A DNA stretch of 64,000 nt from Macrostomum lignano (Eukaryota). The stretch is taken from positions 1 through 64,000 of the forward strand of contig NIVC01002093.1 in the NCBI GenBank assembly GCA_002269645.1, in the 5' to 3' direction. Shown piece after piece: positions 1 to 26,900 of the stretch. The notes beneath the pieces are model-generated. The model saw only the letters and a program-made list of their open reading frames with translations. It had not been told where the DNA came from and ran no database searches. Numbering within the stretch: position 1 is the first letter of the stretch; every line of letters begins with the position of its first letter. Position numbers and translations under genes: made by a program.

Positions 1-719
1 GAGCAGTGCCGTAGCGTCGGCCTCGATAGATTACCTCCAGTCTCATCTGGAACCCTGTGTAAGTGTATAAACTAGAGATTTTGGCCTCTAAAACCCTCAG
101 AATCCGGTTCTGTGGTGGTGCAGGACCGTCTACGGAAACTGCATGCAGTTCTTACCGGTGTTGTATTTTGGCTCTAGCATGTACGAGTAACGGTAACTGT
201 CCTTCTTGGGGACTACCCTAGTTCAGTCTCAGCAAACATGCAGTTTCAACATGCTAGCTGCATCAGACGGCCGCATTAGGTTCCAGCTTCATCGGGCGGT
301 ACTTTGCTTCCAGCCGCTTGTAAGCCAGCACCGGGCACGCAAAGACTCTTTCTGCCGCTCTCTCCCCTGTACTCCTCCGGTGAAGCTGTACTTCAGTCTG
401 TATACTGATACAGCATATACATGTACCTTTACGGCTTAGCCCCTTTTTCTTCTCGCTGGATGTGTTAACTCTATTTAGCTATAATATTATTCGAAAGTAA
501 AATGTAATTTTGACTGCAGGATTTTTCTTGACTATTCTGCATATATCTTTTTAAAATTTATTCTGGCTTTCTTCGTTAAAGTAATTAAAAACTCCCTAGC
601 TGCCTTTGGCAGTAAAAGCATGTGAAAGCTGGAAGGCTGCAAGAAAGTGTGTGAGGTTTGTTAGGTGTGTATAAGTGTGTAAAGTGTGTCATTGATGTGT
701 GTGAGGTGTGTGTAGTGAG

Positions 720-1170
720 GGAAGATCAGCAGGGGGAGAGGGGGTCGTCCTGCAGCAACGCCAGAGCTGGTTGGAAACTCTGCAATGAGTCCATATCCAT
801 GTGCATCCATGTGAACTGCTGTGCATGTCCATGACTTCCCGCTCAAGCAGCAGGCCAAGCCTTTAACGCGGCAGGAGGCGGGCTTACGCAGGTTTCAATG
901 ATGATTCTGATTGCCACCACCTGCTCTCAGTAGTTGACCTGTCACTCTGTGAGGCTAGCATGCGCACGTTGAGCACTAGTAGCAGGTAGTTTCGCAGCAC
1001 GTCGTTCAGAAAATTTTTGAGAGTGCACTTCGAGGGCGATCCCGCGCTGGCTGATGGAGTTTGTCTTTATTGGGGATGGAGATGATCTTTGAGATCTTCT
1101 ATACTGCATGGCGGCAGATGTGGACTCGTCACCACCAAGACAGCAGTGGCGGTTGAGCAGTCTGATCAAA
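720..1170 (-). mobile_element. Degenerate non-LTR retrotransposon reverse transcriptase fragment (RTE-like)
   Basis: Across frameshifts the minus strand gives RT motifs in the expected order: RGIAL, RSTT-EQVVAIRIIIETC and FPTSSGV-LQDDPLSPLL (cf. NYRGIAL, RSTxEQIxxLRxIIE, GVxQGDPLSPLLF). Confidence 0.65.
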
Positions 1171-1465
1171 GAAGATCAGGCAACTTCAGAACTCTCGGTC
1201 GGATTCCGTCAACTCCAGACGCAGCGTCAGGGGGCAATATAGAAGGATTGGGTGTCAGGCCGGGTGTCAGGCCGGGTGTTAGGCCGGAGGCTGGTGGGAG
1301 AAGCAGACGAGGCTCGAGCGCGTTCAACACCAGCTAGTAGTGCGAGGCTACCAGCTGCTTTCGATTTTCCTGTGACTTGGCAGCGACGATTGTGTTGGGC
1401 TTCTCTCTGCGACCGCTCAGCCTGTTGATGGAGCGCTAGCTATGCTGTCAGTTCACAGTCAGTTG

Positions 1466-1761
1466 CAGGGGCGTCGCCATGGATTTAATGGTGGGGGGAC
1501 AAAGCCAAGAATTCAATATGTACATGTACTAAATTTTGGTACTCATTTTAGTGCCGCAAGCACTCATTTTAGCGCTGCAGGCACTCATTTTAGCGCCACA
1601 GACACCCATTTTAGCGCCGAAGGCGCAATAATTTGGCGCCATGTATAAAAATTACTGATTACCACAAGGTGGGGTGGTGGGGACAAAGCTTGGCATGTCC
1701 CCCGAGAGCTTTTACTGGGGGGACATGTCCCCCCTGTCCCCCCCCGGTGGCGACGCGCCTG
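1466..1761. mobile_element. hAT-type MITE, 296 bp
   Basis: TIRs CAGGGGCGTCGCCA / TGGCGACGCGCCTG (1 mismatch). Perfect 8-bp TSD GTCAGTTG at 1458-1465 and 1762-1769. Internal short repeats (GCACTCATTTTAGCGC). Confidence 0.85.
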
Positions 1762-4604
1762 GTCAGTTGGATCTCAGCTACCGCCTCTCCGGTTTAGACT
1801 TCAGCCTGCTGCTTATGTGCTTATTGGCTCAGAGCCTGCCTGTAAGATCCTGAGGGTGTTGTTATGACTGAATCATTGTCCCACGTAGAAACACTTTTGG
1901 GCTTGCGAGATTCTCGCAGCACAGAAGCACCAGTTTGGATGGCCATTAAAAAGGCCTCGGGTGAAAAGTTTGCCGGTGCAGCTCATGGCTTGCGATCCCT
2001 GCATCCTTACTAGTATTTGACAAAGCTAATAGAGAAATCCAATTAAAAGTACATATATTATTATTTTAACAGCAAACGTATCATTTATTCATCAACTACA
2101 CTGTTTGTAGTCACCGATATCGATCTATGATCAATGGATCGATGAAGACTGGAAAATAAATTGTTTCAAAACGCTGAGTTATGGAGGCATACGTTATCCC
2201 GATTTTTGAGGCAACCATATACATGTCAGAGCCTCTAAAAAGTTTATGATGAGGACGCACTTTTTTCCAAATCCCGCGCTAGCACATGGGCTCTAAACTT
2301 ACTTGCCTACTAACAGTGGGCAATGGGCATTTTTATCCTTTTTCTGCGAATTTTCATAGAATCTATACTAGATATAATGTTTGGTCATACTAGTAGTCAT
2401 AATAACATAGGTACAGCTTTTTGGGTCATAAATCATCGCTTTCGAAGCTGGTCTGACAGCCACCTGCGCCTCACTCAGTGTTGAGGCGGGCGCCAGATGG
2501 TCTGAGAGGATGCGGGCGGTAGCTTTTTTCTCATCATTTTGACAGGCCATCAAGATTTATGAGGTCAGAGCCTATTGTTCGTGTTCACTCAAGCGTGTGA
2601 CAGCTTTGACAGCTATGCGTTTTACCCCTAAAAGTACTTTGGGATTAGCGATTAGCGATTTCTCTTCATTATCTTCACTTTCTATTCAATAAGAGCTTTC
2701 TAATGTATATTTTTTCATTAATTTCCGTCAATCCTACGCGAAAAGTCATAAATCATTTTGTTGCGATTTTGAGTGATTTATGGCCGCACCTGTCATCTTT
2801 TTACGACCCTGTGGGAACTGATAGGATCTCTCGGTCACGTGATTCTGGGTAGCAACGAGCTTAGCCAATCAGAAAATTCGGCGCTCATTTTAACAAAACG
2901 GCTCAGCCAATCAGAATCGTCGTGTTCCATTATAACAAACTGCGGTCCAGTTGGCGGCTATTTAAACCGGAGTTTTTGGCCCGCTCGGACTCAACTTTGG
3001 CTCGGGCCCAGCGCGCAACTTCTGGTTCCCGGAGCACGACCGTCGTTTCTTGATCCCCGGATTGCGACTTCCCCCCATCATCATCAAGGACGAGTCCCCT
3101 CGGTCATCAGCAGTGAACGTCAAAGGGAAGAGCATCACCTGCTAGCTATCAGCGAAGAATGTGACATCAGCACCATCCCGGGTCTACAGCTGCGAAGCAC
3201 TAAGCCGATTCGGTCACTGTGGATTTCCTGGTCTCCGGCTGTTGAGTTTCTGATTGGTTGGGTGAGAGGCTACCTAGACTTGCTTGATTGGGTGATCCCT
3301 TATCTGTCCCCTGTTTCAGTAGCTGGATTAGGCGCACACTTTTGCTCATTTTGTTCAGTAGTGCTGTTGCTGAGGCAGAAGTCATTCAATAATACTGCTA
3401 GTAGTCTAAACTCCAATTCAATCTGAAGTGTGAAGTGATCTAAGGAGAAGGTTAAATCTAACAGTTATTGTTATCGGTTTTGTTTCTTTGTTCGCCGGTG
3501 GCTCAGATGAGTAGCTAAGCTAGTAGGCGCCGGTCACAGTGGACCAATGGCAAGGCAGTTCTCAGTCGACAATCTAACAAATCAGTGAGCAAAACTGCCA
3601 AAAGTGCAGAATCGGCGCCAGAGATGTACTTTGTGCACTCTAGGGTAGCCAAGCGGCTCGGGTAATGAATCATGCGGTCTCTGAAGTTCGAGTTAGTCTA
3701 TCATCAGCGCTATGAGAGGCTAGTTGGCGCGTTGAAGGCCAAAAGTACAATTCTTCGTACCAGGTATTTAGCAATGTAATAGTACATGTAGCTACCACAT
3801 AGTCTCGCCACTGCAAGAATCCCCTGCACAAGTCCCCTCTGTACCTGCATGGCCAATGCGATCAAGTCCCAGCAGTGTCCCTTATCATCGGCTATGACTT
3901 CGAGATAGACAGCAAAAAGACACTAGTTGGCAGGTAAGTGCAAAGCCCCTTCTAGTCGGAAGCCCGATTTCGAGAGTCCCGGTGTGGTGAGCCAGGACGC
4001 ACGGGCTGGTGGCAGCGAGTTAGCTAATCTGCGGATTAACTAATTTCTACCTTCAAAATTCTCCCTGCTTGTCTCTCGCTGTCCCTCTCTTAGCTATAGG
4101 ACCTAGACTGCTCGCCACACGATCAAGCTACCATGGGGCTGACCATCTGACAGGAGTGGGGGCCAGGTCTCTAATTGATTTATTTCTGAGACCTGTGGCC
4201 CGAAGGCTTCCCCACAAGGAGGCCGGAAGGTCGAAACCCATCATTTAGCGTAATTTAAAAGTGCAGCTGTCATTTTATATGTACATGTAATTAGGATAAT
4301 TGAATTATTCAATTACGTACAGTGTGCAAATGTATCTATATCAATGCAGTTAAAATTTAGAGTGCACCATTTATACTGTCAAACTGCATAAATGTCGTTG
4401 ACTCGTTTACTTTCATGCCACGCATTTATATTTAGAGATCAAATTCAGAAACATGTGTTTGTCTAGCATGTAAAAATAATAATAGTAATTGCTACGACTG
4501 CTTCGATCAATGGGCAGATGTGCAACCGAAAGTTCAACCGCAGCTATTGCGCGGCACATCTGTTCGAAGACTGCGAACGGCTGTTCAGTCAAAAAGACTG
4601 CATG

Positions 4605-4810
4605 GGGGTCGCCACACACCTGATCTGCAATTATACTTCATGCCAGCGCCACTGGCACCATATACGCTCCTATTTTACAGCTGGGTGAACTGAAGCAATT
4701 CAGAGGATAAGTGTCTTACTCTAGTACTCAATTTTTTCCCGAGTGGTTCAAAAATCGAACCCCCAACCTTTCACTCTTGATCAGTCCGGAAAATCTAACC
4801 ACTGGCTAAT
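4605..4810 (-). mobile_element. tRNA-derived SINE copy
   Basis: The reverse complement has A/B-box-like motifs (TAGCCAGTGG, GGTTCGA), then AAGACACTTA...CTTCAGTTCACCCAGCTGTAAAAT...GTGGCGACCCC. It is homologous to the copy at about 50113-50290. Confidence 0.6.
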
Positions 4811-6267
4811 AAAACCCCATTGCACGCACAATATACATAATTATTACCATTCATTACATGTATTTTCAAATCTGACATATGGCCCTAGCTGTTAGTCTCT
4901 AGTATCGTCCTCCCGAGTCGTGACGTGGGATTTTGGAATTTTAATTCCGTTCGAATTTTCAGTCTACGCGTTACGCTGCATGTCAGCCCGAATGCGGTGC
5001 AATGTTTGTAAAACCCATTTTCTATAGTGGCATTGCAAAATTATAAGACGATGTTCGAAAAATCGGCCGACGTCGGATTGCTTTATACTGTAATTAGCGG
5101 GTTTTGATTGCTACACTAAATCGTCCACTCTCGATCGCTTGTCATGCTGCGCCTGCTGCATGCGATTTGAAAGCCTGACTGCGCCTGGATCGACGTGTGC
5201 TCAAGGACGACTAATTAAGTAACTCTTAGTCGTGTGCTCTCCACTTCAGTGCAAGGACTACTAGACAACTATAGACTATCCTCTGGCTGCAGCAGCTTCT
5301 TTCGCGGCAGCTAGCACACAGTCTCGGGCGATATTCGACTTAATTTGAGTGTCCTTGTCGAGTTCCTGACGAAAGTGTTCTTAGCTTATAGTGTAATTTC
5401 CCCCCCCCCCCCCGGTGCGTCTAACACAACGTACCTTACTCAGAGAGAAACAACTGCATCATACAGTATAATGAATACAATTTAAACGGGTTCGTTTCAA
5501 ACATGCCTGCAGGTCAGATCGACCTGAGATACACTGTATGTTGAAGCTGCTGCAGCCTTCGCTCGCAAAAGGCGTAGAGTGTATGATAAGCTATCAGCTC
5601 CAAACCAGCTGTTACTATAAAACGTGTGATTGAAATTATTTAAACTAAGGACGGTACAACAGCAGCATATGGCACGAAAGGCTTTCCATCACCAAAACTA
5701 CTGCAAAGCAAATTTTAGCTAAAAATCTGGCATGATTTCACTTGAGATCAAGTTAAGGTTATAAAATAGAATTTTTATACTGCTTTTTGTTAGTGGCTCT
5801 GGTTGCGGATTGAATCGCATGGTGTGTGAAAACAGGCTCTCTTTATTATCGAACTGGTGGTACATCATCACGACAATCGTTGATTATTCTAAGAACAAAA
5901 ATTAAAAAATAATCCTCGGCCAATGTCAATTTTAATTTTGATCAAGTCAAGTTAAGACAGTGCTAGCTCTGTTATTGATCAGTTCTCGCTTTTTGGCAAA
6001 TGTTATTCGCGATTCCTAAATGTCAATGTAGAAATTTTTTCTTAGCTATCACACATTGGCTTTAGAGCGTAGCCTAACATTAACAACAGGAAGTCAATCG
6101 ATTTAAGAATCAAGAGCCACACGATCACTAAGTTTAAACTTTATGCACGCTTAGTCTAGGGCCTAGGCAGTTAAATTGTTTTGTCTGTACATTTGAATCT
6201 CATCATCTATCACAAGCTGACCAGGATAAAGAAAGCTTGCTAGTCTAGCCAGTCCTATAATATAAAA

Positions 6268-20456
<14,189 letters not shown>

Positions 20457-20589
20457 GCTGTCCGATGAGATGCAGCTCGATCATAATTTTACTGGACTAA
20501 ATTCGCTTTGTACTTTTCACATGCAATTATTTGCGAGTTCGTAAATTCTGAGTCTTAAATCTACTAAATGACAAAATGTCATTATTGAG

Positions 20590-21640
20590 ACGCTAATTCC
20601 TTGATTTCTAAAATCTCATAGGGAAGATTTTGAGTCCTCGGTTTCTAAAATCTTATGGGTGTTATTCTTAGTCTATGATTTCTGTAAAATTTCATGGGTG
20701 AGATTATGAGTCTACGATCTCTCTAATCTCATGGGTGAGATTCTGAGTCTACGATCTTTCAAATCTCATAGGTGAGATTCTGAGTGAGTACGGTTTCTAA
20801 AATCTCATGGGTGAGATTCTGAGTGAGTCTATGGTTTCTAAAATCTCATGGGTGAGATTCTAAGTGCGTCTACGGTTTCTAAAATCTCACAGGTGAGATT
20901 CTGAGCCTACGATCTTTTAAATCTCATAGGTGAGATTCTGAATGAGTCTCTGGTTTCTAAAATCTCATGGGTGTTATTCTTAGTCTATGATTTCTGTAAA
21001 ATTTCATGGGTGAGATTATGAGTCTACGATCTCTCTAATCTCATGGGTGAGATTCTGAGTGAGTCTACGGTTTCTAAAATCTCATAAGTGAGATCTGAGT
21101 GAGTCTACGGTTTCTAAAATCTCATAAGTGAGATTATGAGTCTACGATCTCTCTAATCTCATGGTTAAGATTCTGAGTCTACGATCTTTCAAATCTCATA
21201 GGTGAGATTCTGAGTGAGTCTACGGTTTCTAAAATCTCACGGGTGAGATTCTGAGTCTACGATCTTTCAAATCTCATAGGTGAGATTCTGAGTGAGTCTA
21301 CGGTTTCTAAAATCTCATAAGTGAGATTCTGAGTCTACGATCTCTCTAATCTCATGGTTAAGATTCTGAGTCTACGATCTTTCAAATCTCATAGGTGAGA
21401 TTCTGAGTGAGTCTACGGTTTCTAAAATCTCACGGGTGAGATTCTGAGTCTACGATCTTTCAAATCTCATAGGTGAGATTCTGAGTGAGTCTACGATTTC
21501 TAAAATCTCACGGGTGAGATTCTGAGTCTACGATCTTTCAAATCTCATAGGTGAGATTCTGAGTGAGTCTGCGGTTTCTAAAATTTCATGAGTGTTATTC
21601 TTAGTCTATGATTTCTGTAAAATTTCATGGGTGAGATTGT
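20590..21640. repeat. Composite about 35-40-bp hairpin-containing tandem repeat downstream of EFR3
   Basis: Recurring AATCTCA-TGGG/TAGG-TGAGATT (7-bp stem) followed by CTGAG(TGAG)TCTACG. Confidence 0.85.
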
Positions 21641-22404
21641 GAGCCCATATTGTTTTTAAGTCTGAGGCTTTGGGTGTGTATTAATTTAATAAGCAATAAC
21701 TGTAACGACATACCTGTCTGTGATGCTACTATGAATTTGTCTATACTAACTGGTTTGTATTATTTTCTTCGAAATTCAAGTTTTTGTTTTTGTTTTTAAT
21801 GCGCATTCGCGCAATATTCTACTTTTTTTTCTCTAAGCCATTGTTAGTAGGCAGTTTGGTATTATGTGTTTAGATAAACAGAATTGTTAGTAAACCTTAC
21901 TATATATTCTTACTAATCTATATTATACTAGTATTAACAATCGGTTCTTTTATATAATTTCTAATCCGCATAATCTGCATAACGCCTATGCACTGAATGG
22001 TGAGCTTGTACTCCGATATATTTATTTATTTAAGCCTGATTTACTCTGTCTGTTTTTCTTGTGCGAATATTCTAGGTCTATATGCCTTTGCTTTGTGTAT
22101 TTAAATATCATTGAATTGTGTTGTAAAACCAACAGTTTCTATCTTGCCATAGCATAGTGATTTTAGATGCACTATCTTAGTAAATCAATTACTCTAATCT
22201 GTTTTTGTGTTCATTAAATTGCTAATTCCTTGTTTCGTTTGGCGCGGTTTCTTAGCATCGGAATAAAATAATTCGCAATATTACTAACATTTTGGTTAAT
22301 TAATAGTTACTTCATGTTAACTCAACCTGTTTTTTTCTGCCCTTGTAATATACACTACCGTAGGTGTTCAGTGTACTCGTATTGGCTTAAACACCTACCC
22401 TCAC

Positions 22405-23283
22405 CCCAATCCTTCCCCCCACTGTACACTGGCTTTCCAGACCATCTGCCCAAACCCCCACCCATTAAACTGGCGGAGCCCTTCCCCCCACTGTACACTG
22501 GCTTTCCAGACCATCTGCCCAAACCCCCACACCCTTAAACTGGCGGAGCTTCACCCCCCCCCCCACTGTACACTAGCTCTCCAGACCATCTACCCAAATC
22601 CCCACGCATTAAACTGGCGGAGCCCTTCCCCCACTGTACACTGGCTCTCCAGACCATCCGCCCAAACCCCCACCCATTAAACTGGCAGAGCCCTTCCCCC
22701 ACTGTACACTGGCTCTCCAGACCATCTGCCCAAACCCCCACACCCTTAAACTGGCGGAGCTTCCCCCCCTTCCCCCACTGTACACTGGCTCTCCAGACCA
22801 TCTGCCCAAACCCCCACCCATTAAACTGGCGGAGCCCTTCCCCCCTGTACACTGGCTCTCCAGACCATCCACCCAAACCCCCACCCCTTAAACTGGCGGA
22901 GTCCTTCCCCCACTGTACACTGGCTCTCCAGACAATCCGCCCAAACCCCCACCCATTAAACTGACAGAGCCCTTCCCCCCCCCCTGTACACTGGCTCTCC
23001 AGACCATCCGCCCAAACCCCCACCCATTAAATTGACGGAGCCCTTCCCCCACTGTACACTGGCTCTCCAGACAATCCGCTCAAACCCCCACCCATTAAAC
23101 TGGCGGAGCCCTTCCCCCACTGTATACTGGCTCTCCAGACCATCCGCCCAAACCCCCACCCATTAAACTGGCGGAGCCCTTCCCCCACTGTACACTGGCT
23201 CTCCAGACCATCTGCCCAAACCCCCACACCCTTAAACTGGCGGAGCCCTTCCCCCACTGTACACTGGCTCTCCAGACCATCTG
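22405..23283. repeat. About 68-bp minisatellite, about 13 copies, intergenic
   Basis: Unit CCCTTCCCCCACTGTACACTGGCTCTCCAGACCATCTGCCCAAACCCCCACCCATTAAACTGGCGGAG. Confidence 0.9.
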
Positions 23284-23906
23284 AACCCCCTCAAACGGGC
23301 GAACCCCACCGCCTATTTAATTTAAACAGACTCCGACTGAAGACCATTTGTATCGATAAATATTATATTTATCTAACAGTTATCTCTAGTCTTGTGATTC
23401 TATTTTATTTATTGCATTAATAATAAGCTCGTAAAACAATCCATTTTTCAAACAGACTTAGTTTACAGCTTGCTCCGACTGCAATTACTAAAACGTTTTT
23501 GTTATACTTTTCAGCTATGGAATTCGTTTCCCCTATTGTTTTATCGATGGCAAAGAACTGTTAAAGTTACTTTTTATAAATATCCAGTGAATAGCAAAGA
23601 ATTTTCAACCATTTATTAATTATTTATTCGTGTTGTCCAGCTCTCCTCAAGTTAAACAGTGGTCAATAAAATTAATTGTGTGCAATTCTGATTGTCGTCT
23701 CTTTCGCTTTTAATCTAGAGTTGTTGGTCTTAATCATTTTTAGTAAACTAAGTTTGTAAGTTAACTTTAATTTAAGTTGATACAGAAATATTTCAACAAG
23801 GTTATTTTTCTCTATTGTTCATCGTTGAACATTCTTGTTTCAGCTGTTCCAACAATATTCTCAATCAAAAGTTTTTTAAAGAAACTTCGCTGCTCTTGTG
23901 TTAGCA

Positions 23907-26900
23907 ATGGACAGATCGGTAAGTGACTAGTTAATTCCTGTGTAAATCGTCCCTAATCGCATTCGTAATGGGCCCTTCAATCCCGTACAGAACCGCTCTT
24001 CAATCCCGTACAGAACCGCTCTTTAATTCCGTACAGAACCGCTCTTCAATCCCGTACAGAACCGCTCTTCAATCCCGTACAGAACCGCTCTTCAATCCCG
24101 TACAGAACCGCTCTTTAATCCCGTACAGAACCGCTCTTCAATCCCGTACAGAATGGCCCTTCAATCCCGTACAGAATGGCCCTTCAATCCCGTACAGAAC
24201 CGTTCTCAATCCCGTACAGAATGGCCCTTCAGTCCCGTACAGAACCGCTCTTCGATCCCGTAAAGAATCGCCCTTCAAACCCGTACAGAATCGCAACCGT
24301 TCTTCAATCCCTTACAGAATGGCCCTTCAATCCCGTACAGAACCATTGTCAATCCCGTACAGAATCGGCCTTCAATCCCGTACAGACCCATTCTAAATCC
24401 CGTACAGAATCGGACTTCAATCCCGTACAGAATCGGACTTCAATCCCGTACAGAATCGCTCTTCGATCCCGTACAGAATCGCTCTTCAATCTCGTATAGA
24501 ATCGCCATTATCACTAAGGCGGCATCTCACACAGATCCCCCAAAATCCCCCATATGCAGATTTTCCAGCAGGAGAAGCTGTCCAAATCCCGTGAACGAAT
24601 CGTGATTAACCAGTGGGACATCGAGGCCTGGTCTGTGCTCATCCGGGATGCTCAGGAGCGTAAGCTCGAAGATGGCGAGAAAATATTCGAAGAAGTTGTG
24701 GCCCAGTTTCCGTTGTCCGGTCACTATTGGAAACTCTACATCAACTATGAGGTTGTTAATTGTGCATTTAAGGGTGGAATGTGGGCAAACTTTGGGATGG
24801 AGTGTGGGCAGACTTTGGGGTGGAGTGTGGGCAGGGAATTGGGGGGTGAGTGTGGCAGAAATTAGCGTAGTGTATGTTTTGTCAGAGATTAGGGTAGAGT
24901 GTGCATGGGTAGAGATTAAGGGTAGAGTGTGCATGGGTAGAAATTAAGGGTAGAGTGCATGGGTAGAGATTAAGGGTAGAGTGTGCATGGCTAGAGATTA
25001 AGGCAGTGTCAGTACACGATGTTGAAATAACCCAACACACTTGCAGATAAAGCATCACAATTACGAGAAAGTCGAACAGGTGAGAGTTTCGATATAGCAA
25101 TCACTTGTGTTCGAAAGTTTGTATCTCGCGTCTTTTTACATTATTTAACTTTTTACTCCCCGCCTTCAGCTGTTTCAGCGTTGCCTCACCAAAGTGCTGC
25201 ACATCGAGCTGTGGAAGCTGTACCTGCAGTACATTCGCGACACCAAATCCAAGCAGCCCGCGTTTAAAGAGAAAATGGGCAAAGCGTACGACTTTGCACT
25301 GGAGAAAATGGGCCTGGACTTCAGCTCCTATTCCATCTGGGTGGACTACATCCAGTTTTTGAAGAATGCGCCTGTTCAGGTCAGCATCGACTCAGATGTC
25401 TCCCCAAAGTCTCTTCAGAATCTCCTCAGAGTCTCGTCGGATGAACCACCAGTTTCCTCTGTTGTCTCCCTAGAATCGCCTGAGATATCTCCCTAGAATC
25501 GCCTGAGATATCTCCCTAGAATCACCTGAGATATCTCCCTAGAATCGCCTGAGATATCTCCCTAGAATCGCCTGAGATATCTCCCTAGAATCGCCTGAGA
25601 TATCTCCCTAGAATCACCTGAGATATCTCCCTAGAATCGCCTGAGATATCTCCCTAGAATCGCCTGAGATATCTCCCTAGAATCGCCTGAGATATCTCCC
25701 TAGAATCACCTGAGATATCTCCCTAGAATCGCCTGAGATATCTCCCTAGAATCGCCTGAGATATCTCCCTAGAATCGCCTGAGATATCTCCCTAGAATCG
25801 CCTGAGATATCTCTACAGAATCGCCTGAGATATCTCTACAGAATCGCCTGAGATATCTCTACAGAATCGCCTGGGATATCTCCCTAGAATCGCCTGAGAT
25901 ATCTCCCTAGAATCGCCTGAGATATCTCTACAGAATCGCCTGAGATATCTCTACAGAATCGCCTGAGATATCTCTACAGAATCGCCTGAGATATCTCTAC
26001 AGAATCGCCTGGGATATCTCCCTAGAATCACCTGAGATATCTCCCTAGAATCACCTGAGATATCTCCCTAGAATCACCTGAGATATCTCCCTAGAATCGC
26101 CTGAGATATCTCTACAGAATCGCCTGGGATATCTCCCTAGAATCACCTGAGATATCTCCCTAGAATCGCCTGAGATATCTCCCTAGAATCGCCTGAGATA
26201 TCTCCCTAGAATCGCCTGAGATATCTCTACAGAATCGCCTGAGATATCTCTACAGAATCGCCTGGGATATCTCCCTAGAATCGCCTGAGATATCTCCCTA
26301 GAATCGCCTGAGATATCTCCCTAGAATCGCCTGAGATATCTCCCTAGAATCGCCTGAGATATCTCCCTAGAATCGCCTGAGATATCTCTACAGAATCGCC
26401 TGGGATATCTCCCTAGAATCACCTGAGATATCTCCCTAGAATCGCCTGAGATATCTCCCTAGAATCGCCTGAGATATCTCCCTAGAATCGCCTGAGATAT
26501 CTCCCTAGAATCGCCTGAGATATCTCCCTAGAATCGCCTGAGATATCTCCCTAGAATCGCCTGAGATATCTCTACAGAATCGCCTGAGATATCTCTACAG
26601 AATCGCCTGGGATATCTCCCTAGAATCACCTGAGATATCTCCCTAGAATCACCTGAGATATCTCCCTAGAATCACCTGAGATATCTCCCTAGAATCGCCT
26701 GAGATATCTCTACAGAATCGCCTGGGATATCTCCCTAGAATCACCTGAGATATCTCCCTAGAATCGCCTGAGATATCTCCCTAGAATCGCCTGAGATATC
26801 TCCCTAGAATCGCCTGAGATATCTCTACAGAATCGCCTGAGATATCTCTACAGAATCGCCTGGGATATCTCCCTAGAATCGCCTGAGATATCTCCCTAGA

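Noticed and set aside
2773-3960. 217-aa ORF and a possible LTR or retropepsin relic (FVHSRVAKRLG, LIIGYDF)
   Set aside because: The ORF has no recognisable family. The protease-like words are in broken frames with no intact D(S/T)G, and I could not define a paired LTR or PBS.
4130-4240. Possible hammerhead ribozyme: GGCC-GGAA-GGTC-GAAAC-CCAT with an upstream ATGGG and a long hairpin
   Set aside because: The CUGANGA core is missing (CACAAGGA precedes stem II) and the cleavage triplet would be GGC rather than NUH. At best a decayed structure; an Infernal search against the Rfam hammerhead models would settle it.
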